Assembly: GCA_050331615.1 (NCBI GenBank)
Contig: JBHJGR010000284.1
Span: forward strand, 1 to 57,717
Source of the DNA: Elainellaceae cyanobacterium
Lineage (GTDB): Bacteria > Cyanobacteriota > Cyanobacteriia > CAKZMO01
Length of the DNA stretch: 57,717 nt
Direction: 5' to 3'
A program made the position numbers and the translations under genes. Under the pieces are notes generated by a model. The model did not search any database. It was not told where the DNA came from and was given only the letters and a program-made list of their open reading frames with translations. Positions 29,980 through 39,962 of this stretch are shown piece after piece (the first letter of the stretch is position 1; every line of letters starts with the position of its first letter).

Positions 29980-30543
29980 ATGCTAAAGCTCTATGGTGCC
30001 CAACGAAGTCGTGCCACTCTGGTGCAGTGGTATCTCCAGGAGCTGGGAGTGCCCTACGAGGACGTCATTCTCGATCTGCAGACGGGAGAGCAGCGGCAGC
30101 CCTCCTTCCTGGCCGTCAACCCCTTCGGCAAGGTGCCTGCTCTGGAGGATGGCGACCTGAAGCTATGGGAGTCGGGGGCCATCCTGCTCTACCTTGCTGA
30201 TGTCTATGGTCAACCCGACAGCACAGCCCACCAGCGGGCCGTCTGGTCCCAGTGGGTGCTCTTTGCCAACGCTACCCTCGGCCCCGGATTGTCTGTAGAA
30301 GCCAATCGCGAGCGGGAAGCCCCCCGCCTGCTGGGAGCCCTCAATTCCCTGTTAGAATCCCAAGCGTTTATGGCCGGAGATGACTTTAGCGTGGCGGACG
30401 TGGCTGTCGGCTCTTACCTGGCCTATGCCACCATGATGGTAAAGCAGGAGTATACGGAGTATCCGGCGATCGCCAGCTACCTGAGCCGGATCACCCAGCG
30501 CCCCGCCTTCCAAAAAACAATGGGCGCACGGGCAGCCTCTTAG
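29980..30543 (+). CDS. Glutathione S-transferase family protein
   Basis: NPFGKVPAL, LWESGAILLYL, FSVADV. Confidence 0.93.
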   Translation: MLKLYGAQRSRATLVQWYLQELGVPYEDVILDLQTGEQRQPSFLAVNPFGKVPALEDGDLKLWESGAILLYLADVYGQPDSTAHQRAVWSQWVLFANATLGPGLSVEANREREAPRLLGALNSLLESQAFMAGDDFSVADVAVGSYLAYATMMVKQEYTEYPAIASYLSRITQRPAFQKTMGARAAS

Positions 30544-30965
30544 GCGGGGCGGAAGAATTGCTTGAGAATTTCCTTGGGAGGCCGGTCCCAGGTATCAACG
30601 TGCTCGTAGATGAGGCCATCGTCGTTGAGTCGGTAGTTCGACTGGCCGTTGAAGAAAACTTTAGCTCGCCAGGGTACTCGCAGCGTCCCCCGCACGGTCC
30701 AGTCAGCCAGGATTAGATGGGTATCAGCCTGTCGCACATCGTGCAGGTCAAAGAATAATTCAGTAAAGAACAGTCGTCCATGAAACCGCAGCGTCCAGAA
30801 GATGATGCGGTAATTAAACTTGTACTTGAAGGTGTTGACGGGATCCTTGAAGAAAATGTCCGATGTATAGATATTGTAGGAAATGTCCTGCTCAAATAGG
30901 GTCGGCAGATCCTGCCATAGGGTTTGAATGTTGCGCTCAACCTGGGCCTGATAAGGTGGACTCAT
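30540..30965 (-). CDS. DUF2358 / NTF2-like protein
   Basis: IYTSDIFFKDPVNTF, WTVRG.LRVPW, G.S.Y...DGLIYEHVDTW. Confidence 0.82.
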   Translation of the reverse strand: MSPPYQAQVERNIQTLWQDLPTLFEQDISYNIYTSDIFFKDPVNTFKYKFNYRIIFWTLRFHGRLFFTELFFDLHDVRQADTHLILADWTVRGTLRVPWRAKVFFNGQSNYRLNDDGLIYEHVDTWDRPPKEILKQFFRPA

Positions 30966-31040
30966 GGATATAAAACTCTTTGTCGGGCAAATTTACCGGC
31001 AATAAGCGCCAGTAAGTAGCTAAAAACTGAAGCAAAGACA

Positions 31041-32384
31041 ATGGTAGCGTCAATTCCAATCTATCTCGTAACCCCTGATGCCGTAAAACAGCTTCCTGAA
31101 ACTGATCAGCTCTGGCTACAGGTGGCGCGCTTTAAGGGCGAGGCCGGACAGTCCTGTCCTGTACCGGGTGCCGATGGTGGACTGGCCAAAGTGCTGGTCG
31201 GTCGTTCCGATGTCCTGGATACCTGGCTGCTGGGCGGTCTTCCCCAAACCCTGCCTCCCCATCGCTATTACCTGGCTGATGACCTTTCGGCGGAAGCGGC
31301 TACCCGACTATGCCTGGGCTGGCGATTAGGGCAGTATCAGTTCAAGAAATACAAGAATGCGAAGAACGCGCCTCAGCCTGAGCTCAATTTTCCTGAATCC
31401 GCCGACCGGGCTTATGTAGAAGCCGCCACCGCTGCTACTTATCTGGCTCGCGATTTGGTGAACACCCCCGCTGGCGATATGGGGCCTGCCCAGTTAGAAA
31501 ATGCAGCTCGGGCGATCGCCCAGCAGCATCAGGCCTCGTTCCGGGCGATCGTAGGGGAAGAGCTACTGGCCCAAAACTACCCCATGATCCACGCCGTAGG
31601 GCGGGCAAATATCCAGCCGCCTCGATTGATTGACCTGCGCTGGGGAAATCCCGACCAGCCCAAGGTCACTCTGGTGGGTAAAGGAGTTTGCTTCGACACT
31701 GGCGGGCTGGATATTAAATCAGCCAATAGTATGAAACTGATGAAGAAGGACATGGGTGGTGCTGCCCAGGTGCTGGGGCTGGCCTCAATGATTATGGCAA
31801 TGCAGCTCCCCGTTTGCCTGCGGGTGCTGGTACCCGCTGTGGAGAACAGCATTTCTGACAACGCGATGCACCCCTACGACGTACTGCCCTCCCGCAAAGG
31901 CATTACTGTGGAAGTGGGCAATACGGATGCGGAAGGTCGCTTGGTGCTGGCCGATGCCCTCTGGGAAGCGGCTAGCGAACAGCCCGATTTGCTGGTGGAC
32001 TGTGCGACCCTCACCGGAGCCGCCCGCATCGCCTTAGGGACGGAGCTGCCCGCGTTTTTTTGTAACCAGCCAGAGGTGGCGATCGCCCTCAAGCAGTCCG
32101 GCCTGGCGGTGGACGACCCCCTGTGGGAACTGCCGCTCCACGCCCCCTATCGGGAAATGCTCGATAGCAAGGTAGCCGATATCTGCAACATCTCCAGTGG
32201 TTCTTACGGCGGGGCCATCACGGCAGCTCTGTTTTTACAAGAGTTTATCCAGCCAGACATCCCCTGGATTCACCTTGACCTGATGGCCTGGAACCTGCGA
32301 AACCTATCCGGTCGCCCAGAAGGCGGCGAAGCAATGGGAATGCGGGCTTTGTTTGAATTAATTCGCTCTCGTTTCCCAAAATAG
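31041..32384 (+). CDS. Leucyl aminopeptidase (M17)
   Basis: GKGVCFDTGG, MKKDMGGAA, NTDAEGRL, ATLTGA. Confidence 0.95.
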   Translation: MVASIPIYLVTPDAVKQLPETDQLWLQVARFKGEAGQSCPVPGADGGLAKVLVGRSDVLDTWLLGGLPQTLPPHRYYLADDLSAEAATRLCLGWRLGQYQFKKYKNAKNAPQPELNFPESADRAYVEAATAATYLARDLVNTPAGDMGPAQLENAARAIAQQHQASFRAIVGEELLAQNYPMIHAVGRANIQPPRLIDLRWGNPDQPKVTLVGKGVCFDTGGLDIKSANSMKLMKKDMGGAAQVLGLASMIMAMQLPVCLRVLVPAVENSISDNAMHPYDVLPSRKGITVEVGNTDAEGRLVLADALWEAASEQPDLLVDCATLTGAARIALGTELPAFFCNQPEVAIALKQSGLAVDDPLWELPLHAPYREMLDSKVADICNISSGSYGGAITAALFLQEFIQPDIPWIHLDLMAWNLRNLSGRPEGGEAMGMRALFELIRSRFPK

Positions 32385-32518
32385 GGCGTTTTCTAGGAAA
32401 AAACTTATCCTGGTTGGACGATCGGCAGTGGCGAATGGCGATTCTTTGCTGCGTCATTGGGTCAAATCATTTCCAAAATGCTCCAAGGAGCGAGGCACTA
32501 CAGCCTTAGCATCCCTCT

Positions 32519-33958
32519 TTAACCACGGCCATCGTGCGGGTTGCTGTACCCTTTTGAGGTGGCGAGCGTTCCACGCTGCTCATCAAACTCAGGAAAGTAT
32601 CCTGCCCGGCGTTGAATTGACATAAAATGCCTGTTTCGCTTTCGAAAATGGTGTTCCTGCCACCGCATGCCTAGTATCACGGCAACATACAGCATGTATC
32701 CAGGTTCTTCCATTTGGGTGAATACCAAGCCAAACACAAGTACTGTAAGAACCAAAAATTTTGATAAATTATCAAAGCAAAGTCGACGCCAGACAACAAA
32801 CCAGATATACAGAAATGAACCCAACCCCAACCAACCAAGATCGCCCCAAATTCCAGCCCAGCCAAACAGCGGTGAAAACATGCTGGATTGATCTCCCAAC
32901 CAGCTCGCCCCAACAGCTTGCCAAACCTCGCTACTTGCGGGATGTGTAGTCGAACCAAGAGGACCAAGCAAACTGCTGTACTCCCGCAACATCCACCCCC
33001 CCAGACGACCTACTGTGTGTCCAGGACCTAGACCAAATAATGGATCCAGAGGCGAATCCCAGTGTCGTGGGACTATCCGAAAAGCGGCTGACTTTAAGAG
33101 AGTTGCTTCACCATCAGGACCATAAATCTCTGGCCTTGCCCAAGTATTAAACGCATCTAGTGCCGGAATATTCTGAGTCGCCCAGTAGAAGGTAAGCCCG
33201 AGCAGCAGTACAATAATAGTATACTTAATCGCTTCCCCAATATTTCGCAACTTAGTTACTAATAGAAATATTCCTGCAATAAAAAACACTAACAGAACCT
33301 GCTTAGCATCTGCTAAATTCATGTGCCAAAACGTTATGAGCAGAACAGCCGCCCTTACCCAAATTGGCAGATTCTTAGCATCAACAAAGTAGTACAAACC
33401 AAAAGTTAAAGCGACTGAGGCACCTATTACGTGCCCTGCACCGCCACCAATAAAAACCCCCTTGATATTATCTTCGAGCCCTCGACGTAAATGCAGGTTG
33501 AGAACATAGCGCTGGACGTAAGCAAATAACGTATTCGTAAAGGACGCGAATACAACGTAGGAGCGAAACCGATCCAGTTTTTGACTCGTCATTGGTAAGC
33601 TAATGACGGTCAGTAGTAGAAGGAAATGCTCGCAGAACAGCAGGAAGTTCATAGCTGCATTGATCATGCCAGCATCACTCCAAAGTGCACTGGCAAGGTT
33701 AGCTCCAAAGAAAATAAGAAGCGCAGCCGAAAGTTCCCAAATAATCGTAACTTGTAAAGGGTCTCTTACACGTGTCTTACAGACAGTAAGAACGCAAATT
33801 ATCGGCACTAGCCCTAGATGGACTAGATTGATAATAGATGGAAACTTAAGTAGCGTCAGTACACGTGGAAAAAAGGCTGAGTAGAAAGCGAATATGGCAA
33901 GGGAAGAGAGCTGGATATATCCTTTTTTCCTCTTGGGGGTTAAGGTTTGCACTGTCAT
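32519..33958 (-). CDS. Polytopic membrane protein, putative Wzy/O-antigen-ligase-like
   Basis: About 10-12 hydrophobic segments with a large loop containing PLFGLGPG; last gene of the glycan cluster. Confidence 0.55.
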   Translation of the reverse strand: MTVQTLTPKRKKGYIQLSSLAIFAFYSAFFPRVLTLLKFPSIINLVHLGLVPIICVLTVCKTRVRDPLQVTIIWELSAALLIFFGANLASALWSDAGMINAAMNFLLFCEHFLLLLTVISLPMTSQKLDRFRSYVVFASFTNTLFAYVQRYVLNLHLRRGLEDNIKGVFIGGGAGHVIGASVALTFGLYYFVDAKNLPIWVRAAVLLITFWHMNLADAKQVLLVFFIAGIFLLVTKLRNIGEAIKYTIIVLLLGLTFYWATQNIPALDAFNTWARPEIYGPDGEATLLKSAAFRIVPRHWDSPLDPLFGLGPGHTVGRLGGWMLREYSSLLGPLGSTTHPASSEVWQAVGASWLGDQSSMFSPLFGWAGIWGDLGWLGLGSFLYIWFVVWRRLCFDNLSKFLVLTVLVFGLVFTQMEEPGYMLYVAVILGMRWQEHHFRKRNRHFMSIQRRAGYFPEFDEQRGTLATSKGYSNPHDGRG

Positions 33959-34003
33959 GATCCTCTCTTTGACACTGACCCTTCACGAAACCTCATCTCT
34001 AGA

Positions 34004-34326
34004 TAAGTAGAGCTGCGTTGAAAAACGAAGATTAGAAAACCGGGGGAGCGCCCCGCCGGGGCGCTCCCCCGGTTTTCTAACATGAATTTAATTGTGCCGA
34101 CCTACTTAAGTAGTAGTCATAAGTATATAAAGCTATGATGCGGTGCGCCCTCGGGCGGGGGACGCACCGCACTACCTTTATTTATGGCCACATACTTAGA
34201 TATATTCTACGCATTGTTCTGTTGGATAGCAGTGAGTATCTGGCCGCAAATCAACGAAGCTATTGTCGGAGGTTGTCCCCCAGCGGGAGGCGTACCCCGG
34301 CAACTTTATTTGTGGCCAGATACTCA
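34004..34326. mobile_element. Three adjacent family-A MITE-like elements
   Basis: 34004-34108 (taagtag...ctactta), 34107-34198 (shares the TA) and 34233-34326 (tgagtatctggcc(g/a)caaat terminal repeats); each has a central GC hairpin. Confidence 0.75.
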
Positions 34327-34343
34327 ATCCGCCGAAGTGAGGC

Positions 34344-35603
34344 CTAGGTGAGAACAGGTTGAGATTGGGTAGGAGCAGTTGTCAGTTCCTCAAAGAGTTT
34401 GAGATATTGCCGCGCTTGAAGGTCGAGAGGAAATGACCTCTCAGCCTTCTCCCGCGCTTGAGCACTGAGTCGAAGCAGGCGGATAGAATCCTTTAGAACC
34501 CAGGCAATTCCTTGTGATAAATCTTGAACATCGTAGGGCTGGGCCAAGTAGCCGTTAATTTGATGATCAACGATGTCTTTGGGGCCGGTGGAGTTGAATG
34601 CGACCACTGGAGTTCCGCAGGCTAGGGCCTCTGAAACCGTCTGCCCGAAAGACTCTTGCAGCGAGGGGACTATCATTACGTCCGCTGCAGAATAGATTAG
34701 GGCAAGGCTCAAATCGTCTTGGAAAGACCCTAGATAGTGAGCTCTGAAGCCTAAATCAATGGGCGTATCTGGAGCGGACGCACCAAAAACTGCTAGCTCG
34801 ACGCGATCGCTCCATTCTGATTGAGCGAGGGCTTGCAGAGCAGGAACCAGCAGATGAAATCCTTTTCGTCGATCAGCAGTTGCAGCTAGAGCACCAAACA
34901 ACACAATCTGCTTATCTTGGGGCAATCCCAATGCATCACGGGCAAACTGAGGATTGAGAGGACGATAAGTTTGTGTATCCAAGCAGAAAGGAATCACCTC
35001 AACCCGGCGATCGCCCAACAGAGAACTGGCTTTGACGCAATCTGCCATCCATTGACTGGGGGTAACAATGGTCAGGTCAACGTCCTGCCAGGCTTTCTGT
35101 TTGCGCTGCCAGATCTGGCGAGAGAGGTCTGCCTCGCGATCGCTCCCCAGTTGTGGGCATTGGCCACAGCTCTTTTGATAGCGATCGCAGTCTTCGCTAT
35201 AGTGGCATCCTCCCGTCATGGGCCACATGTCTTGAAGTGTCCAGACCAGTGGTTTTTTGAGCTGAGCCAGGGTTTCAATTCTCAGATACCCGTTGCAAAC
35301 CCAGTGCATATTTACCACGTCGGGATTGATCTGTGCCACTCGCCTAGCGATTGCATCAGGAAACCATTGTGCAGAAATCATTCGGTTGCGCTTTGGATAA
35401 CGACGTAACGCCAGTCCGCTCATTTGTGGACCCAGCTTAGTCAGCAAGGACTTTTCGGCAATCACTGAGCGATCGCGGCTGAAGCGCCCCCGAACCAGCA
35501 TCTGCGAAGGCATCCCAATCTGCTTGAACCCCTGGTGTAAGCGATAGGCAGCTCGGGCAGCGCCCCCTTCGATATCCGTGGTACTGAGAATAAGTGGTTT
35601 CAT
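34344..35603 (-). CDS. GT4 glycosyltransferase (WcaC-like)
   Basis: GGAARAAYRLH, WTLQDMWPMTGGCHY, PSQWM, RKGFHLL, ESFGQTVSEALACGTPVV. Confidence 0.92.
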   Translation of the reverse strand: MKPLILSTTDIEGGAARAAYRLHQGFKQIGMPSQMLVRGRFSRDRSVIAEKSLLTKLGPQMSGLALRRYPKRNRMISAQWFPDAIARRVAQINPDVVNMHWVCNGYLRIETLAQLKKPLVWTLQDMWPMTGGCHYSEDCDRYQKSCGQCPQLGSDREADLSRQIWQRKQKAWQDVDLTIVTPSQWMADCVKASSLLGDRRVEVIPFCLDTQTYRPLNPQFARDALGLPQDKQIVLFGALAATADRRKGFHLLVPALQALAQSEWSDRVELAVFGASAPDTPIDLGFRAHYLGSFQDDLSLALIYSAADVMIVPSLQESFGQTVSEALACGTPVVAFNSTGPKDIVDHQINGYLAQPYDVQDLSQGIAWVLKDSIRLLRLSAQAREKAERSFPLDLQARQYLKLFEELTTAPTQSQPVLT

Positions 35604-35614
35604 AGAAAATTATT

Positions 35615-35767
35615 TTAGAAACTTTTAGCCTGTTTACGTGAATTTAGATTGAATCGCAGTTTCATGAAGGGAAGCTCAACCATAAAGTAAGTGAAGGTTG
35701 AAAATTCCAGCGTCAATAGAAATATAACCAATAATCTAAGCGAGTCAGAAAAGATGCCACGAGCCAT
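35615..35767 (-). pseudogene. 3' remnant of an acyltransferase-3 (OafA-like) gene
   Basis: 50-aa ORF MARGIFSDSLRLLVIFLLTLEFSTFTYFMVELPFMKLR...; last transmembrane helix plus the S..TY..VE.P AT3 C-terminal signature. Confidence 0.55.
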
Positions 35768-35775
35768 GAGAATTT

Positions 35776-37053
35776 CTATGCAGCTTGATATTTATCAGTT
35801 GTGTCGAGAATTGTGGTAAACATACGACCCAGTTTTTCCAGGGAATGGCTTATTCGCAATCCTCCAAAATCAAACGCCAGTCTGGTCGCAATGGCGGGAT
35901 CATCCGATAAAAGATGATCGAGCGCTTCCATGCAATGGGTAACGCTTCCTTCGGGAATGGTAAGCCCAACCTGAAAATGCTCGACTCGTTTGCCCATGCA
36001 AAATCCCTGGCTGGCAACAACAGGCTTCTGGAACACGGCTGCTTTAGTGAGGATGTTGCTGCTGTAGGGGAAATTTTCGTAGGCAGCGAACACGACATCG
36101 CAGGCTTGGATCAGCGCATTAAATTGACTCTCACCGGGAATGCGATCGAGGTGAAAGAAGCAGTTGTCGGGGGAAGACTCGGCAACTGATTTCACCCAGG
36201 CGTATTCTTCAGGGAACCGTTGCCCATACTCCTGGTGGAATTGATGCTCCGAGAGCGCGCCAACAATGACGAAGAGCCAATTCTTCTCGGCTGCCTGCTG
36301 CGCTACTTTTAAGAGCGTCACCACACCCTTGCGCTTGCTAAGGGCACCAGTCAACCCAATAATCTTACGACCTCGGGCTTTCTCACGAATCTGGTTCACC
36401 AGTTCATAGTTGGGATCGGGAGCAGTCTCATCGGTAAAGTCGGGAAAAGGAATCACGGGGGCTGTCAAATCCCGTTGGAGTTTGTCCACAACCCATTCAT
36501 CGACAACGCCGACTGCACGACAATTGCGGGAACGAGCCAGGGAATAATGCGCTAAGCGAGCTTTCAATAGGGGGAGCGATCGCTTTTCATAGCGCAAGTA
36601 TCCTGGTCGGAAATACAGCCCAGCCCAGTTGTAGGGAAAGACGAGATCAATAAAGTGATGAGTTAAGTAATGACTGAAATAGCCATCTAACCAGTTAAAG
36701 AAGACTAAATCTGGCTCATGTCCAATTTGTTGCGCAGCTGTTCGAACAACTGTTGCAGCTTGCTTCCAGCGGCTCAAGGTGCCACTCAGTTGCGGAACAG
36801 GGCCAATACCAGGCAGAGTGCGAACTCGTCCTAACAGTGGCAGAGGTTTGGGCTGCATGGGATGCATTTCAAAGGCATAAAGGTAATCGCTCCGGTTAGG
36901 ACGATTCGCCGCCATCGCCTCCAGTAACAGATTCGGCTCCTGGGAGAACGTCATCACCCGACACCCAAGATCCAACAGTGTCTCAGTAAAAAGCCGCAAG
37001 TAAGTGAAATGGTGTCCGCCTTGGTAGGGTTCAATCAGTGCAACAGTTTTCAT
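35776..37053 (-). CDS. GT-B glycosyltransferase
   Basis: GGHH N-terminus, GALSKRKG, SSNILTKAAVFQKPVV. Confidence 0.75.
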   Translation of the reverse strand: MKTVALIEPYQGGHHFTYLRLFTETLLDLGCRVMTFSQEPNLLLEAMAANRPNRSDYLYAFEMHPMQPKPLPLLGRVRTLPGIGPVPQLSGTLSRWKQAATVVRTAAQQIGHEPDLVFFNWLDGYFSHYLTHHFIDLVFPYNWAGLYFRPGYLRYEKRSLPLLKARLAHYSLARSRNCRAVGVVDEWVVDKLQRDLTAPVIPFPDFTDETAPDPNYELVNQIREKARGRKIIGLTGALSKRKGVVTLLKVAQQAAEKNWLFVIVGALSEHQFHQEYGQRFPEEYAWVKSVAESSPDNCFFHLDRIPGESQFNALIQACDVVFAAYENFPYSSNILTKAAVFQKPVVASQGFCMGKRVEHFQVGLTIPEGSVTHCMEALDHLLSDDPAIATRLAFDFGGLRISHSLEKLGRMFTTILDTTDKYQAA

Positions 37054-37068
37054 AGGATTATAGAAACG

Positions 37069-38487
37069 TCAGCAACGGAGCCGCTCGTGCAGGTCTCCCA
37101 AATTTTTTGTCCTGGAGTGATTGTTGTCCTGATCGCTAATGAGGTCGGGTTTGAATAAATGGTGCAAAATCTCATTGGTCGCTCGGTCAGTTGATTTTCC
37201 ATCTAGGCAATGAGTTAATTCCTTGACAATCGTGCTCTGATGGTCACTTGAACCTTCTTGGACTGACTGGCTCATGACCTGATCGATGACTGTTTCTAAA
37301 TCAGGTTTAGCATCTTGATAAACAGTGGTGAAGTCACCGTACTCTTCCAGATGCTTATAATTTTTGGAGGGTCCTTCCGGCATCAGGTCAAACGCTACCA
37401 CCCGTCGCCCCATAATCAGCGCTTCTTCGGCAACAGTAGAGGCGCGGGTAATCAGTAACTCTGAGATGGAAAGCAAAGAGTAAACATCCAGTTCTGTCAC
37501 GCTCGGTTCAATCACCACCACAGAAGACTCGATCTGAGCATTCGGAATCTCATCCCGATAAATATTGGGCGACAGGCTATCGAGCGGGTGCATTTTAACC
37601 AGCAATATGTATTTAGAGAAGTCCAGGTTGCTGTAAATTTGCTGCATGTATTGCCGATAAAGGGCTTGCTCATCTGACCAGGCAGCGTACTCCGCTTGCA
37701 GGGTAGTTGCCAGAAGAATAATGCGCTTTTGCGGCAATTGGGATTGGAGTGTGGGATAGCGATCTGTTAGTTTTTTAAGCGCTTCATCGGGATTAATTTG
37801 AGCCAGGCGATCATGTAGGGGGTTGCCAACGATGCGGAACCGTTGGGGATCTCCACCATACTTCTCCACGATCTCTCGATAAACTCGTTTGCCCCACACC
37901 AGCACAATATCCGAAGCAGCGGAGGCTAAATCTTCAACGCTATCCGCACGAGTGCCGCCATGCTGAATCGACAGGGTTCTGACCCCAAATCGCTTCAGCG
38001 TGTCCACCGTCTCAACGCCCCAGAAATGGTAAACGTAGGGTCTGCGGTGATCCAGACAAAGAACAACCAGCTTTTGTTCAGGTTGGTGGCAGGCGCGGAT
38101 CAGGCTAAAGTAATCTGTCTGCACCGGGCATCCCAGTGCCTGGAGCTTTTCCAAATTGCTGGGCGAGAGCTTGAGGCGATGAATGCCAAAGAGAACAATC
38201 AAGTTAACTTGAATCCCTTTCTCTTTAACTTCGGGTCGCTTCAACAAATCAAGAATAATGGGAACCAGCAACCGTTCGCAGGCTTTGGAATAGAGGAGAA
38301 ACGTGATTTCCGGTTGAAAAGTGTTGGATCGCGATCGCAGTCGCAGTTGAATGTCCTGCCAGATCACGTTGAATTTGTCCGGGTAATTGAGGCTCTGTTG
38401 CAGCAAAAAATAGTCGTTTCCCAGCACTGCGGCTTCCAGCGGGTCAGTTGCTTTGCGAATAGTATCTTTGAGTAACTTCAGAGCCAT
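37069..38487 (-). CDS. GT-B protein, putative CMP-ulosonate glycosyltransferase
   Basis: IQHGG, VWG, VGNP, VKMHP (HP motif), STVAEEALIMGRRVV; directly downstream of kdsB. Confidence 0.6.
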   Translation of the reverse strand: MALKLLKDTIRKATDPLEAAVLGNDYFLLQQSLNYPDKFNVIWQDIQLRLRSRSNTFQPEITFLLYSKACERLLVPIILDLLKRPEVKEKGIQVNLIVLFGIHRLKLSPSNLEKLQALGCPVQTDYFSLIRACHQPEQKLVVLCLDHRRPYVYHFWGVETVDTLKRFGVRTLSIQHGGTRADSVEDLASAASDIVLVWGKRVYREIVEKYGGDPQRFRIVGNPLHDRLAQINPDEALKKLTDRYPTLQSQLPQKRIILLATTLQAEYAAWSDEQALYRQYMQQIYSNLDFSKYILLVKMHPLDSLSPNIYRDEIPNAQIESSVVVIEPSVTELDVYSLLSISELLITRASTVAEEALIMGRRVVAFDLMPEGPSKNYKHLEEYGDFTTVYQDAKPDLETVIDQVMSQSVQEGSSDHQSTIVKELTHCLDGKSTDRATNEILHHLFKPDLISDQDNNHSRTKNLGDLHERLRC

Positions 38488-38566
38488 ATTTCCCTCGCGA
38501 TCGCACTATTGAACTGATGGTTTGGAGAATTCAACTTTCGTCAGGGGGCAGAGAATCGGAGCACCT

Positions 38567-39304
38567 TTATGGGGTAGCGCCTCCTACCAACTGCAATCGT
38601 GCCCGATCCAGATCTTCTGGCGTGTTCACTTCCATCACAGGTGCGTCAATCTGACAGACCCGAATCGAATACCCATTCTCCAGCACTCGCAATTGCTCCA
38701 GTCCCTCGCACAACTCCAGAGGCGTTGCCGTCAATTGAGCATAATCCGCCAGGAAATCTCTGCGGAAGGCATACAGCCCCAGATGATGATAGACCGGAGC
38801 CGTACCCGGATTGCGAAAATGAGGAATGGGCGATCGCGAAAAGTAGATCGCGTACTGTTGGCGATTTAACAAAACCTTGACAATATTTGGGTCTGGATAA
38901 CCCGTCTCCAAATTCAATGGGCAGGCAAGGGTTGTCATATCCGGCGACTCGCCCTCCAGGTAAGGCGAAATCAGTTGAGTCAACACCTGCGGGGTGACAA
39001 AGGGCAAGTCTCCCTGCACATTGGCAACCACATCAAACGCCTCGTAACGGGCTGCCACCTCAGCAACGCGGTCAGTGCCGCTGAGGTGGTCACTCCGAGT
39101 CATCTCCACCCTGCCCCCAAAGCCGCGAACACAGGCTGCCACGTCTTCACTTTCAGTGGCAACAATGACCTCATCGAAGACGGTGCAACGTCTGGCGGCC
39201 TGGTAAACCCATTGCACCATAGGGCGATTGTCAATGATTGCTAAAGGTTTACCAGGCAACCGTTGGGCTGCATATCGAGCCGGGATCACCGCCAGAATTT
39301 TCAT
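38567..39304 (-). CDS. kdsB: CMP-Kdo synthetase-like cytidylyltransferase (copy 1)
   Basis: IPARYAAQRLPGKPL, SGTDR, NVQGDLP, YFSRSPIP, HLGLYAFR, EGLEQLRVLENG. Confidence 0.9.
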   Translation of the reverse strand: MKILAVIPARYAAQRLPGKPLAIIDNRPMVQWVYQAARRCTVFDEVIVATESEDVAACVRGFGGRVEMTRSDHLSGTDRVAEVAARYEAFDVVANVQGDLPFVTPQVLTQLISPYLEGESPDMTTLACPLNLETGYPDPNIVKVLLNRQQYAIYFSRSPIPHFRNPGTAPVYHHLGLYAFRRDFLADYAQLTATPLELCEGLEQLRVLENGYSIRVCQIDAPVMEVNTPEDLDRARLQLVGGATP

Positions 39305-39962
39305 GAATTAGCTCCGTAAAGTTCGCAATGGTTCGATCGGCATGGGCGAGGTCTGCACTGGAGAACGAAGTCAACACGCCTACACAAAACATGCCCGCTG
39401 CCTTTGCCGCCCTTACCCCCGACTGACTATCTTCAAACACCACACATTCAGAAGGAGAAACCCCCAGTGTGGATGCAACTTTCAGATAGACCTCCGGGTG
39501 AGGCTTGAGCTGCTGTACATCGTCGCGAGTGGCGATCGCATTGAAGGCGATCGCCAGTCCCAGACTCTTCAGCACCGTCAGCGCCTCCTGGCGACTCGAG
39601 CTGGTTGCTACACCCCGTCGCTTTTGGCTCGATTCCAGGTAATGAACAAATTCAACAACACCCGGTACGGGGGAAATTTGTCCCTTCTCCAGAAACGAGT
39701 GATAAGCAGCCCGTTTTGCCTGAATCAGTTGTTCCGGTTCCCCGGTCAACTGAAACTTGTTAAACCAGTAAGCAATTACGGACTGCTCCTTCATGCCTCG
39801 CCAAGCCACATCCTCAGCAGGTAGCTCAACGCCATAAGCCTCGCGAAATACAGCCTGATAGGCTGCAAACTTAAGAGGTTCAGTGTCAGCAATCACGCCA
39901 TCCAGGTCGAAAATAACTGCCTGACAATTGCTGAGGATGAGACTTAGAGAATCCTGGCTCAC
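39249..39962 (-). CDS. HAD-IA phosphatase (beta-PGM/CbbY-like)
   Basis: FDLDGVIADTE, ATSS, KPHPEVY, FEDSQSG; 4-nt GTGA overlap with the upstream synthase. Confidence 0.88.
   Translation of the reverse strand: MSQDSLSLILSNCQAVIFDLDGVIADTEPLKFAAYQAVFREAYGVELPAEDVAWRGMKEQSVIAYWFNKFQLTGEPEQLIQAKRAAYHSFLEKGQISPVPGVVEFVHYLESSQKRRGVATSSSRQEALTVLKSLGLAIAFNAIATRDDVQQLKPHPEVYLKVASTLGVSPSECVVFEDSQSGVRAAKAAGMFCVGVLTSFSSADLAHADRTIANFTELIHENSGGDPGSICSPTVAW

Noticed and set aside
34004-34326. Possible CRISPR array (repeated hairpins)
   Set aside because: There are no identical direct repeats with unique spacers and no cas genes; the units are inverted-repeat elements.
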